A stretch of DNA of 63,156 nt, counting the filler, from Nemertoderma westbladi (lineage: Eukaryota > Animalia > Xenacoelomorpha), in NCBI GenBank assembly GCA_032718475.1. It is 3 parts of 3 records of this genome, joined end to end, with 100 filler letters (N's around TTAATTAATTAA, not from the genome) between each part and the next. Parts side by side here need not be neighbours in the genome. Positions count along the whole stretch, not along the records: positions 48,607 to 63,156 come from JAUCBJ010002143.1; 2 more parts are not named here. One strand, given 5' to 3'. Positions 48,607-62,615 of the stretch are shown here, in pieces. Within the stretch, counting starts at the first letter, position 1. Every line of letters starts with the position of its first letter. The position numbers and the translations under genes were made by a program. The notes under the pieces are model-generated. The model was not told the DNA's origin. It made no database searches and saw only the letters and a program-made list of their open reading frames with translations.

Positions 48607-50231
48607 GGAACAGGCCTAATTATTTCAGGCTCATCTACTATAGTAGGGAGTCTCTCTATTGTAATTATTTGGTCTGTGGGTTCTGTACTACCTACTTTGG
48701 TGTTATTTAGTTGCCTTCTAACAGCTGGAGGCAAATCAGGCAATTTCTGCCGGTGGAATGTTCTTTTACGTCTGCTTAGGCGAGATCGATTTCTTCCGCC
48801 TTCAGTGTCGGTGGTATCGCCTTCCTCAGATGATGTATACCCCTGTCTCTTGGGAGTAGATCGACTCATCATCCGCATATTGCTCGCTGTTAACTGTTTA
48901 TTGAAGTTGTCTTGCTTCTCTTGAAGAATTTCCAACTCTAGTTGGGTTGCCTCTTCAGATGCCCTACGTTCTGCTTCTACCACTGCCTCTGCTATTGCCA
49001 GTGCCGCTTTTCTTTCGGCTTCTGCCGCTGCCACTGCTGCTGCCACTGCCGTTGTCTTTCTATCTTCTATACGTTTTTTCTTTACTTGTTCTTCTTGTTC
49101 TCTAGCGATGCGGAGTTGTTCATCGAATTTAGCTTGGTTCGCCGCTAACCTATCCACATCAATCGCATCTAACACGAGTTTGGCTCCTTCGCTATTAGGG
49201 CTAAGTCCCTCTAGCCTTCTCCTCAACTCTTCATCTCCCAAAAAACGCTGATAGTCTGACAGATAGATATCAATGGCATCCTTCTTATGCGGTTTCTCTG
49301 CCGTCGCTTCACTTTCCACTTGGGAAAAAGTAGCGTCCGTCGATTCTCCATGGGTTGAGCGCTCCTCCAACTGAGCTTTCCACCGAGCTGCTCCTTGAAC
49401 CTGGCGACTCACCCGTTGAAACCAAGTTTTTACGGCAACTTGCAACGACGTGTCTTGTTTTCTTTTAGAAGCCTCCTCAAAGGCGGATAAGATTAGCCTA
49501 ATCCGCAAAACTCTTTCTCTAACTTGATAAAGCAGCGATCCCTGCTCTTGAGGTCCTTGAGGTTGTTGAAAAAGTTGCTTTTCTACTCGCTCCATAGAGC
49601 TGAAGAATCCCTGTGCGTATCCGGCTGCGGACCTCTTCCACACAGCTGGATCGATGGTTTCCTTGGCTACTCCCATCCGGTGTATGTCTTCCCAGGCAGC
49701 TTCTGATAAATCAAACGGGAGTCCGGGTCCGGGGAAGTTCCATTGCGCCTCGACAATAGACTTCAGTTCTTCACTCGTGTATCCCGCGTAACTATCTCTA
49801 GTTGACCGTTGACTTCTCGCCCAATCGATCTGGTGTTCTTCCACCGCGATCAATAACCCAGCGAGCACGGCTGCAGGAAGGATGAGAAGGGGATCCGTAT
49901 AAACCGCATCCGTCATCTCTGTTCCGCGCTCGGGCGTCAGCTCTACAGTATCCTCACTACTGGAGCTGCTGGGCCGCTGAGGAATAGATTCTTGACTAGC
50001 GGGTTGTTGCTGTTCCGCGGCTTGTTGGTCCCGCTTGACCTGAGCTCGGGTGCCTATGATAGACCTACGATGTTGGACTAGCCTAGGTTCTGTTATTACT
50101 ACTGGAGGGATGACCTTCCTCACAGTGGGAGGTGAACTGGATTTATGACCAGACGGTTGTACGTCTCTATCTGAGTCGCAGATAGTTACATCTAATATAC
50201 TGTCTGACAGGTTCTGCTTAGTATCAGACAT
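48607..50231 (-). CDS. Second copy of the Bel/Pao gag ORF (N-terminal part, cut by the gap)
   Basis: MSDTKQNLSDS... is closely similar to 26570-31405 and open to the gap, with only in-frame indels. Confidence 0.85.
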
Positions 50232-52389
50232 GACTATGTATACCGCTGAATGTCTACTGCTGTATTACAGTCTGAGTAAGTCTAGTAACTCAGTATTAAC
50301 TGCTAGCCTAGTAATTAATTACCGGTACTGCTACTCAGTGTAGCGTGATATATATAATATATTAAATACCGGTATGCTTATAGTATATATAAGTATATAA
50401 GTATTATTACAGACTAGGTTTATCACAGAATACCGGTATAATTTTAGCACAAATATATATAAATATATAATAGGCCTATCGGAATACCGGTATACAGCTT
50501 ACAGTTTGTAGTATATATAATTCTGGAATAGAATTAATTACAAGTACCGGTATAATTTCAGCCTAGATTTATAGAAATAAATAATAGGCCTATCGTAAAT
50601 ACCGGTATATCAATTATTTTGGAATAATTGAATTTCTGAACTTTAGGGTTACTTGGTTACTTTAACTTACTTTATTACCGTTATTTAAGCAGTAATCCAA
50701 CTGATATTGAGACCTAATGGTTGTATGGTAGGCCTACTATTTATAAATCGTTAGATTTGATTTATAATATATATATACCCGTTTTAATGGGTTTTGTCAA
50801 TGTTTGAAATAAATGTTATTATTTCTGGGGAGTAATCACTACACAAAGCGGTGCGCTTTCAATGAAGTGTTACTTATAGACACTAAAACAAATATTACTA
50901 ATTTACCTAAGTTACTTAATACTACAAATTACGTACAATTCGGGTGAGATTACAATCTCTAAATAAATGCAAAAATTTACAAAAAACACAAAATACGAAT
51001 TTTTAGGGTAATTTTACAAGAAGTCTACAAACCAGCCTAACAAAGGGTTAGAAAACTGGTTATTACAACGGACAGGGTACTACGGTATTTGAAATAATAA
51101 GTAGTAGTAAATACACTGCGTTGTCCAGATAGAAAAATACCACCGCCTGACGACCTATAGCCGTATCGCTATAGGTTCTACGTTATGTATCACGGAGTGT
51201 TCCTACCTAGAAGTTAATAGAGCTAATCGAATGTGCCTATCAACCACTTTACAACACAAATATAATGCCTACACTAATTATTTTCGGAAAGCACTGTACA
51301 CTAAACCCTAAATTAGGTACGAGTACTTGTACAACAGATAATCAGTAATTAAATATACTTGAACAGCTAAAAGAACCACGGCATCTGCTGGAGTGACCGA
51401 TGCACAAAATCACCAGTCTTTACCTACGCCAAGCAGCCCGTGTAGTACCGAGGTTAATTTAACTATAGCGGTATGTATAACAAACACAATTACTGTAGGA
51501 ACAAACTTGGGGACTTGAATGTTGCGAATAATCGCATAAACTCTGAATAATAAATATTACGCTACGCGTACAAACCACTCAAACAAAAATGCAGACTAAA
51601 TACTGACAGACTACTATCAAGCCTAAATAAACTACAGGACATGCAGACTCCGAAATAGTTAGGTAGTATGCGTTCTAACCCAGTAGTACGACTTATTCTT
51701 TAATTGGGGGTTTACTTTACAGCAATGGCTACCCCAACTTCCCAACCGTTCTTTATCGGACAAGGGCTCTACACACACTGCAATCCGTTCAGACCTAATA
51801 ACAGACAGACAACTATCCAGCCTACAAATTATCTAAATGATATTATACGCTACCTGTACAGACTACACAAACAAAGTACAGACCAAACGATGGCAGACTA
51901 CTCTCAAGCCTAAATAAACTACAGGACATGCAGACTCCGAAATAGTTAGGTAGTATGCGTTCTAACCCAGTAGTACGACTTATTCTTTAATTGGGGGTTT
52001 ACTTTACAGCAATGGCTACCCCAACTTCCCAACCGTTCTTTATCGGACAGGTGACCTACACACACTGCAATTCGTTCGGACTTAACAGCAATCAGACAAC
52101 AGCTCAGCCTACAAATTGTCTGTACAATCTGATCAGGCTTACACGCCTTCTGTTCAATACTGGCCTACAAACAAATAAAACTTGACAGAAATAAGTAAAA
52201 ATCTCAATAAAAAACGAGGGCTGCAGTCCCTGATTAATTATTAAGGCCTACCGGTATATAATAATCAAAATCGAATAATACTGCTGTAGGTACCGGTCCG
52301 GATGATCAGGCAGTCAGGCCTACTGGTTACCGGTCGACCGGTACTTTCGACTTTATTGCTTACTGCAATAAAGAAGCGATATCCGTTAT

Positions 52390-53624
52390 TGTTCGCGCTT
52401 TCAGACCTTTGGCAGTTTAACCCGCCAAATTAGGATGTCTGTTAGATAATAAATCACTTTAGCCGATGACAAATATTTTATTCACTACACTAGTCGAAAC
52501 CAATCTGTGCGCGATCATTCACCCGCTGGATAATTCCCGGGAGATTGGGTTCGACGGCTTAATTTTATTGCTATGTAAGCTTAATGTATTATTCGACTGA
52601 CAGTATTATATAATCTCTGACAATATTATTCACCTTCGGGAATATTAACAGTTCCTTTAGGACGTGGCGCTTTATTTATATAAACAGAGTTATGACTTAA
52701 ACTACTCACAACGATATGGCTTAATTATAATTCACATATATGGCACATTCTTTAGGAAATGCTTCGTTATCAGTCTCACTCATACACAATGCTGCACAAT
52801 ACTGCACATTGATCTGCCGATCTTCCCTGATTTTAGTCACATATAAAAGGAACACGGACTGACTCATGTAGGGGCTATCAAATAACATTAGATTCACTTC
52901 AAACCACTTTAACATAAGTCACAATCGTTATGTATAACCTTTCTCTCTTACCTTCAGTATATCAAGAATATTGGGTTTTCGGGGTTATTTATCGTTATTC
53001 CAAATATAATAATTCATCAACCAAATTATGAAGTACAGACAGCAAATAGCAGTATAACAATATAAAGTATGCACAGTGTTACACAGTATGCAGTGTATGC
53101 AGTACTGCAGTATGCATTGATTGCATTGAGTTAGGTTAGTCAAGTTAGATAACGGATATATGTCCTTATGATTAAGCCTACTAGTGTACGGCTAAAACAG
53201 TAAAGCACAAAATACTTCCAAGCCGTTCTTTCTTTGGCTCAGGACTGAATGTAAACACTGCACATAGGCATTGCCTCATTTCTCGGAAATTTTCTGTACA
53301 AGGAGCCACAAAAACGCTCTAATTGGCTGACTGAACTGAGAGACGCCGTAGAACAAAGGAAATCAACACGTATGAATGTCAGCTGTTAACCGTAGTCATA
53401 GTAACTACTGTTCAAGAGTAGCTATCACCCCTTTGCGTCACGAATTGCCATAGAATCATAAAATATGCCTTTCACAGTACACATACGGAGGAAATAGGTC
53501 TTAGATCCTCTAAAAACACCGATACAGCAATAATACGGTCTCTTACACTTATTAAATCAACTACAGAGTATTTTAATGTAAAAGATAATAAAAATAACGG
53601 GGCAATTCAGCAAAGGCTTTTACA
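52390..53624 (-). mobile_element. 5' LTR of the Bel/Pao-derived element, copy 2
   Basis: Same TGTAAAAG start; the ~2.2-kb leader between LTR and ORF is colinear with copy 1. Confidence 0.7.
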
Positions 53625-56251
53625 GCTGTACCGATATAGGCCTACCTACCTCTCGCCTACCTATTGGTATGTACTCCGCGACTTCCGGGTTTAATCCCGT
53701 CGTTCGCGCTACCCTATCGCCTACTCTATCTCTCCCAGCATGGCCTATAATAGTATGTGCAGTAAGGCCTACAGTATGTCCTGCAGTCTGCATGTGCCCT
53801 TCCGAACCGAAGTTTATTCTTCGCGAATCTCGAATCTCCCCGCGACTACCGTACTCTCGATCGGCAGCTATATCCCGTCGGGAAGTTTCCCCTCGATCCC
53901 CTCTCCTGTTCTCTTCTTCGTATCGGTACATCCTGTACCCCTCTCTTGGCGTGCGGTGCGTTTCTCCGGGGCGACGGCAATCTCCCGAAGTTCGACCCCA
54001 CTGACTCCCTACCTCCATCTCTACTATCGACGGCTCGCTATCCGTCCTCGCTCTCCGGTTGCTCCTAGCAACGACTCTTCTATTATCTTCCTTTCTTCTC
54101 TCTTCGACCTCTCGGTTAAACTCTGCTAATCTTCTTCTATCTTCGACCTCTCTATTATACTCTACTAATCTTCTCCTATCTTCGACCTCTCTATTAAACT
54201 CTACTAATCTTCTCTCTTCTGACTGGGCTCGACGTTCCGTCGCCCGCCCTCTCGCGACGTCAACCTGTCTCTCTCTGCTCGATCGCACGCCGCTGGGGAT
54301 ACTCGCAATCCCCCTATTACTCTCCATCGCCGGGTGTTGCGGTTTACCTAATTCGGCCCGCGCATTATCCGCCGACGCCTGTGGGACACTCTCTGCCCCC
54401 CCTCTCTCGCTACTAATCTCTTGCGGTGGGGCGCCCGTAGCCCCCCCCCCCCCCCCCACCCGCCACTTCTAACTTCACTATCTCTTACTACACCTCTGCG
54501 TCCCTCTTGTCGGACATTTTCTACCCCCTTTCTCTCGCCACTAATCTTCTGTGGTGGGGCGCCCGTAGCCCCCCCCCCCACCCGCCACTTCTAACTTCAC
54601 TACCTCTTACTACACTTCTACACCCCTCTTGTGGGGCATTATCTGCCCCCCCTCTCTCGCCGCTAATCTCATGTGGTGGGGCGCCCGTAGCCCCCCCCCC
54701 CCACCCGCCACATCTAACTTCAATATCTCTTACTTCGTCTCTACACCCCTCTCTAGTCGACACACTGTCTCTACTACGGCTGGGTCTATTCACCCCCGCC
54801 TCTCTCCCTACTACTGCGAGGCCTACCAGGCTCACCTCGGGTTGGCTCAACCGCGCCACTTCCTGCCTACTAACTACGTGGCCTACCAGGCCGCCGTCTG
54901 CCGGGCTATACACGTCTGACGCGTTCACATTAATAGCACCATTCCCAATATTATTTGTTAAATCAATTAAATTGTTAGAATTTGAAACGGGATTATTATT
55001 TAAATTATTTAAGTTAGAATTATTATTATTTTCAAAATTTAAATTGCTATTCGAATTATTTGAATTATTTTGATTATTCTGAATATTTGAATTAATATTA
55101 TTATTTGAATTTAAACTTAAATTACTACTACCGGGTAAAATATTTCCTGTAATAAAGGGATTAGGGTTATTTACTACGGTACTATTAATACCAATATTTC
55201 CTAACGCACTGCTACTACCCCCCCCCCCCCCCCCCCCGCCCGTACGGTTACTGTACGTACTGTAAGTGTACCGCACGCTCTGTTCTCTTGCCTCACGCTC
55301 TTCGCGTTCACTCTCTCGCTCCTTCCTTCCCCTCAGTCGCCACTCTAATTCTTCAATTTTTAATTTATATGCAGCCAGATTTATCTCCTGCACCCTTCTT
55401 TCTTTTGCGGAGGATGTAGCAGACTTATCGGTTGCGACGGACTCCCGCCGCCCCTCCGTCCTACCAACTTTCCCCCGCTTTCTGGGGTCCTCGCTGACCA
55501 ACGAGACCGAATCCTCGGAGCTAACCTCGGATTCGCCCTCGTGCGGTCCCGCCCAACCCACTAACTTAACTTCCCTGGCATCGACTAAGTATGGCCCTAT
55601 GTACACTACACCAGGCCCCATACCCCTACGTTCCCATAGCCCAAACAGTTCGATGGCAACCCCTCTCGCTCTCTCGCTGGCTAGTTCTCCCTGGCCAGAA
55701 CGCACTAGGTAATCAAAGTATCTGTTCGACTCACCTAGTCGTCTCCTCAACTTCACCTGGTCTATCTCAACCCCTCCTCTAGCTTCCTTCAGTTGTTCCC
55801 GGGTCGCGGCGTAGGCTCGTCGAAGTCGATCAGAAACCCCGACATCCTCGTCGCCGACCTCCCTTCCATCTCTCCGGGTCCGACGTCGTACCGGCGGCCC
55901 CACCGTTGCCGTTCCGGTGGGCCGTCCGTCGCCCTCGGCCTGTGGCTGGCCGGCGACATCGGTACGTCGACCCTCGCTCCGCGTCGACTCGTCTTTCTCC
56001 TCTCCCGTCTCACTCTCTCCTCTACTCGACTCGCTCTCTCCTCGTAGACGACCCCCCACATCTTGGTTCGCCGGGTTGCTCGTTATCGACGTGGCGTCAA
56101 CCGGCGTCGACGTGGTCGACGTAGCATCGACCGGCGTCGTGGGTTCGTATCGTCTCGCCGTGGCCTCGCGGATCGTTAGATCGTCGTCCGGGGTCCGCGG
56201 CGGTGTCCAGTTGGGTATTCTCAGCGAGATTTCGCTGCTTTGTGAACCCAA
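53625..56251 (-). pseudogene. Probable LTR-retrotransposon gag N-terminal region, truncated by the LTR insertion at 53624
   Basis: Overlapping ORFs of 576 and 279 aa offset at poly-G runs; low-complexity Arg/Glu/Ser and Asn tracts; SATSSAKERR coiled-coil and LNPEVAEY motifs resemble gag N-termini. No diagnostic domain seen. Confidence 0.45.
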
Positions 56252-56787
56252 ATCTCGCTGCCTATTTCCTCACAATTGCAGCCAAATCGGGTTGCCTTTG
56301 AGATCTCCGAACATCAAAGGATGCCCGACTTGCTACTTGAGATCTGCTAGACATACCTTCTGGGATATGAGTGACATCTTTCTGAGTCTCAATTGCCTAA
56401 CTACAAACTTCAGAACTTCCCCAAGCCGTAGGTATCACGTACCTAATAGCAACAGACTCAGACTCCCAAATGGCCACTGGGCTTTAGTCAGATTGATGAA
56501 TAGGATGGCCGCATCTACCTACAGTAGGTCCAGAGGTCTATACCAGTATACAGAGCTGTGATGTAACTCCTACATGTCTTACTACCAGCGAGGCTTTGTA
56601 TTCACTTTCACAGGTTTCGTATATCAGTATAATCCTATTATATCGCTTAACAATCATGCATTAATATGCTAATATGCAGTATGCACACTTCAGCACTTAC
56701 AGTAGATAATCAGAAATTGAATACATATCTGTCTGTATAAGTAAGTGAATAAGCGTGTATGTATAGATGTACTGAGTACTGACTTCT

Positions 56788-57368
56788 GGTTAGGGGCTGA
56801 AGTGAGAAGTTCTTTTGTTTTCTTGAATGCAATATCATGATCTACAACCCATAAAAATTCATTTTTGGTACATAACAAACTTCTTTGGACTAGCTGTTTG
56901 AGCAATCACAGGATTAAACACTCCAAGTTGGTTAACCAAGCCAAAAAAAACTTTTCAAATCTGTTCTCGTAGTGGGTGTCGGGAATTCTGCAATTGCGTT
57001 GAACTTTCTATCATCTGTTTTGATTGTATTGTGAAATATGGTATCCCAGAAAGTCAATCGCTTCAGAATAAAATATCGATTTGTCTTGGTTGATTGTAAT
57101 ATTATGCTTGACACACCTTTCTAAAACATTGCACAATAACATCAATAATTTGTGAATGTTTTTCTCACCCATTCCGACATCATCAACAATCTTCTGAATA
57201 TTTAATCCAGTTAGTGCGCAGTCACCACGATAAGAAAAACTGTCGCCAGTCGACACAACCCCCATTGGTGAAAGTAAAAATTTAAATTTACCATAGGGAG
57301 TAATGAAAGTTGTCAAAGTTTGAAAATCAACATGTAGTGGCATTTGCCAATATCCGCTGACGAAATCG
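56788..57368 (-). pseudogene. Inverted duplicate of the Gypsy RT segment
   Basis: Near-identical reverse complement of 57399-57980. Confidence 0.85.
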
Positions 57369-57398
57369 CTTATTAATTAATCGTTATTTTGCTAAACT

Positions 57399-59100
57399 CG
57401 ATTCCGTCAGCGGATATTGGCAAATGCCACTACATGTTGATTCTCAAACTTTGACAACTTTCATTACTCCATAAGGTAAATTTAAATTTTTACTTTCACC
57501 AATGGGGGTTGTGTCGACTGGCGACAGTTTTTCTTATCGTGGTGACTGCGCACTAACTGGATTAAATATTCAGAAGATTGTTGATGATGTCGGAATGGGT
57601 GAGAAAAACATTCACAAATTATTGATGTTATTGTGCAATGTTTTAGAAAGGTGTGCCAAGCATAATATTACAATCAACCAAGACAAATCGATATTTTATT
57701 CTGAAGCGATTGACTTTCTGGGATACCATATTTCACATAATACAATCAAAGCAGATGATAGAAAGTTCAACGCAATTGCAGAATTCCCGACACCCACTAC
57801 GAGAACATATTTGAAAAGTTTTTTTTGGCTTGGTTAACCAACTTGGAGTGTTTAATCCTATGATTGCTCAAACAGCTAGTCCAAAGAAGTTTGTTATGTA
57901 CCAAAAATGAATTTTTATGGGTTGTAGATCATGATATTGCATTCAAGAAAACAAAAGAACTTCTCACTTCAGCCCCTAACCTCGGTATGTTTGACCCAAA
58001 AGCAGAAACTACGCTCCTAACAGATGCTGCAAGATTAAAAGGTTTAGGATACGCTCTCCTACAAAAACAAAACGACATTTGGCAGCTTATCAAATGTGGA
58101 AGTCGGTTCCTCAATGATGCAGAATCTCGTTATGCTGTCATGGAATTGGAGGCACTGGCCATATTTTGGGCAGTGAAAAAATTCTATATATACGTCTCGG
58201 GTCTACCATGTTTTACTGTAATAACTGACCACAAACCACTGGTGTCTCTTTTTAATAATTATGGCATTGGAGAAATAGAAAATTTTAGAATAGCCAATTA
58301 CAGAACCAAATTAACTGGTTATAGTTTTAAAGTTCTATGGAATCAAGGGAGAACCCACCTAATTCCAGATGCCCTTTCTCGAGCACCAGTCTTAGAACCC
58401 TATGATAAAGATGAAGCTGAGATAGTTAGTGAGCAGTGGTCAATGAGCATATTTACTTGATCCAGTGTGATATTGACAATTCGGTTGAGAAAATCCCTGA
58501 TCTTACTCTTGAACATTTTAAGACGATGGCCGAAACCGATCCAAGATATGGCGAACTTATAAACCTAATATTGAAAGGTTTCAAGGGGCCATATTCTAGG
58601 TACACATCAACTTTTAAGAATTTTAAACATGAGCTTTCCGTAGACTCAGGACTTGTACTACGAGGTCATCGGATAGTAATTCCCCCAACAGTTGTTCAGT
58701 TGATATTCGAACGATTACATTCAAGTCATCAAGGTGTTCTGAGGACTAAACAACGGGCTCGCCAAGTTGTTTTTTGGCCTGGTTATACCGATGATATTGA
58801 ACAAATTATTGCAGGGTGCAGATTTATTTTCTTCGGTGGACAAGAATATTTAATATATGCGGATCGATATTCTGGATAAAGTATCATCGACAAAATGAAC
58901 AGCACAACATGCATTCCTGTTATTAAAGTTCTACAACGGCAGTTTACAATGATGGGAGTACCCAATCTACTAACATCGGATCAAGGACCCCCATTAAATG
59001 CGGCAGTTCTTCCAGAAGTGGGGGTTGTCTTGGTCCCCATCATCCCTAAAACATCCCCAAGGAAATGGCAACGCAGAGGCCAATGTGAAAAAATTAAAGT
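57399..59100 (+). pseudogene. Ty3/Gypsy pol remnant (RT, RNase H, integrase), frameshifted
   Basis: SGYWQMPL, TTFITP, IVDD, FLGY; TDAARLKGLGYALLQ, ELEALAIFWAVKKF, TDHKPL, DALSR; H..HQG...WPG; SDQGPP; HPQGNGNAEANVK. Confidence 0.88.
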
Positions 59101-59720
59101 TGTATTTTTCGGTGCTTTGTGCAAATTTTGGTGCTAGCACGAATTTTTGTTAATCCATTCAATAGATAAAATTGCTTGTGACAATTTATTTGTTGCGTTT
59201 TAGAGGTTTATGGCTGTTCTGAATTTAATGGAATATATAATTATCGAAGTAGACATCTCAAACTTGTAGTTTTCGGAAGTGGGTGCAAAATGTGGTGCTA
59301 GCACCAAATTTTGAAAACCATCAAATATATCAATTGATTGTGTCACCTTGTTTCTTGCGTTTTACGGGTTTAGGGTTCTGAATTCAATGGAATCAGTAAA
59401 AATTTAATGAGAGTTTTCAAACTTGTATTTTTCACCGGTGGGTGAAAATCGTTGTGCCAGCACCAAATTTTTGAAAATAAGCAAATTCATCAGTAGATAG
59501 TATCATCTTGTTTCTTGCGTTATACGGGTTTAAGAGGGTCCTGAATCCGATGGTATCATTAAAAACAGCACTGGACATAGCAAACTTGTACTTTTTGGTG
59601 ATGGGTACGAAATTTGGTGCTAGCACCAAAATTTGCCAAATTACGCCGAAAAATACAAGTAGCAATGATCTGGCATATTAGAAATGTATTCCATTAGAAT
59701 CAGCGCTCTAGAAAACCCGA
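59100..59720. repeat. Diverged ~163-bp tandem repeat (about four copies)
   Basis: GGTGCTAGCACCAAATTT-like motif at ~59130, 59294, 59453 and 59616. Confidence 0.65.
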
Positions 59721-60401
59721 AAATGTGAATTTATAGCATCGTATAAGTGAATTAAAGAATGAATGGGGGCCATAATTCCCCTATACTGTAGTGGGCCCTC
59801 TGAGGTACTATATCAACTCAAATTAATTAACCTTGCTAAGATGAAGTAGTAGTAGGGGGATTACTGTAGATGGAGGGCCTATAAGTTAGGTTCTTAAGTG
59901 TTAACTGTTTAAAGGAGGGCCGCAATAGAGTAATTAGTTACTAGTATAGGTCCTACCTTAGGGCTAAGTATACCTTAGGGCAAAGTATAGTGAGTTGAAA
60001 GTCCTTGAGGGGCGGTTCCAACAATGATGTCATTTACAGTAGTACCCCTAAATAATATATAAAGCTATTTATTGGTAATTCTAAAAATAGAAATCAATTA
60101 AATAAAGTAAAATTAAATATAAATAAATAAGTACCAATAAATAAAAGAGCAGAGGTGTCACAGGCGACAGTTAGTCATCACTCATGACTCATTGGGTGTT
60201 AGGGCGCTAGACAGTCTGATTAATTAGGATAATCAATTAAACCCTAATTAGGAGTCGTAAGACACCGATTAGGGATTAAATGTACTAATTGATTGATGAC
60301 ACCCGTCAGTTAGGGTCTAATTAGCCTAATTGGGAGGTGTCACCCAGACAGTCTGGCGCCAATGACACCCTAGGTGTCACATTCCTAAGCGATGAGTCAT
60401 T

Positions 60402-60960
60402 GACACACCTTTCTAAAACATTGCACAATAACATCAATAATTTGCGAATGTTTTTCTCACCCATTCCGACATCATCACAATCTTCAGATCTTCTGAATAT
60501 TTAATCCAGTTAGTGCGCAGTCACCACGATAAGAAAAACTGTCGCCAGTCGACACAACCCCCCTTGGTGAAAGTAAAAATTTAAATTTACCATAGGGAGT
60601 AATGAAAGTTGTCAAAGTTTGAGAATCAACATGTAGTGGCATTTGCCAATATCCGCTGACGAAATCGTGTATAGCAAAATAACAATCGGTTTGTTTAAAA
60701 CCACCAACTGCTTCTGCTGGTGTTTTAGTTGGGTAAGAAGTGCGCTCAACTTGGGTGTTTAATTTTGTAAGATCGATACAAATTATTATCTCCCCCCCTG
60801 GTTTTGGAACCACAACTAGTGGGTGGCACCAAGGTGTAAGGTATATCACCAACTGGTTGAATAATTTATTTGTCTACCATCTTGTCCAATATAGTTTTCA
60901 CTTATCTTGTAAAGCATATGGTATGCTGCGTCGGGGGCGTGGACTTTCGACGCAATCAAA
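60402..60960 (-). pseudogene. Third Gypsy RT fragment (N-terminal RT motifs)
   Basis: PWCHPLVVVPKPGGEIIICIDLTKLN...SGYWQMPL...TTFITPYGKFKF. Confidence 0.8.
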
Positions 60961-61395
60961 ATTCCTACAGTATGTCTCCAAGCGGCCAGGGGAAAGTCGA
61001 CGCAAATAACGCCTGATTACTCCCAAAAATAACAGTGTAACCGGATTTATTACTGTACGACAGAATATTAAATAAAATAAATAAAAATTATTGCGACAAA
61101 GTACCGTATACCCCGTGTTTTCAGAATTAACTGATTTCTGGGATTGAAATCCCCCTTACAGCTGTCACACTTCTTTGCCTTTGATTCCTTGGCGCAAATG
61201 ATTTCTACTTGTTCGTCAACTTCAATTGATGACTGATTAAGGTTCGATTGTAATGTTCTGGAAATATCTTGGTCCGGTATGTTATCGGCAACTAGTACTT
61301 GACAGGACACACACACTGCACTACTGCACACGGCTGTACATACACTGTACTGCTGTATGCAGACAGGTACGTACTAAAAGGTAGAAAGATCTATT

Positions 61396-62615
61396 GTTCG
61401 CGCTTTCAGACCTTTGGCAGTTTAACCCGCCAAATTAGGATGTCTTCTAGATAATAAATCGCTTTTAGCCTCTGACAAGTATTTGATTCACTACACTAGT
61501 TGAAACCAATCTGTGCGCGATCATTCACCCGCTGGATATACCCGGGAGATTGGGTTCGACGGCTTAATCGTATTGCTATGTAAGCCTACTGTATTATTCG
61601 ACTGATCGTGTTATATAATCTCTGACAATATTATTCACCTTCGGGGAATATTAGCAGTTCCTTTAGGACGTGGCGCTCTATCTATATAAACAGAGTTATG
61701 ACTTAAACTACTCACAACGATATGGCTTAGTTATAATTCACATATATGGCGCATTCTTTAGGAAATGCTTCGTTATCAGTCTCACTCATACACAATGCTG
61801 CACAATACTGCACACTAATCTGCCGATCTTCACTGATTTTAGTCACATATAAAAGGAACACAGACCGACTCATGTAGGGTCTATCAAATAACATTAGATT
61901 CACTTCAAACCACTTTAACATAAGTCGCAATCGTTATATGTAACCTGTCTCTCTTACCTTCGGTATATCAAGAATATTGGGGTTTCGGGGTTATTTCTCG
62001 TTATTCCAATATAATATTTCATCACCATATAATGAATAATCGACAGTAAATAGCAGTATAACAATATAAAAGTATGTACAACAAGATATATGCATTGCCC
62101 AGTTGAGTTAGGTTAGTAGGTAAGTATTGAGTTGCACAGATAACGGATATATGTCCTTATAATTAAGCCTACTAGTGTTAGGCTAAAAGCAGAACAGCAC
62201 AAAATATTCCAAAGCCGTTCTTCCTGGCTCAGGACTGAATGATAACACTGCCCATAATGCATTGCGTGATTTCTCGGAAATTTCTGTACAAGAGCCGTAA
62301 AAACGCTCTGATTGGTTGACTGAACTAAGAGAAGCTGTAGAACAAAGAAAATCGACACGTATGAATATCAGCTGTTAACCGTCGTCATAGTAACTACTGT
62401 TCAAGAGTATCTAGCCCCTTTTGCGTCATAGAATTGCCATAGAATCACCAACCATGTCTTCCAAAGTACACATACGGAAGAAATAGCTCTTAGGTCCTCT
62501 AAAAAAACACCGATACAGCAATAATACAGCCTCTTACGCCTACTAAACCAACTACAGAGTATTTTACGGGAAAAATAAGGAAAAATAACCGGGCAATTCT
62601 GCAAAAGCTTTTACA
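61396..62615 (-). mobile_element. Isolated third LTR copy of the same family
   Basis: TGTAAAAGC...GCGCGAACA, highly similar to 52390-53624; no matching TSD seen. Confidence 0.7.
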
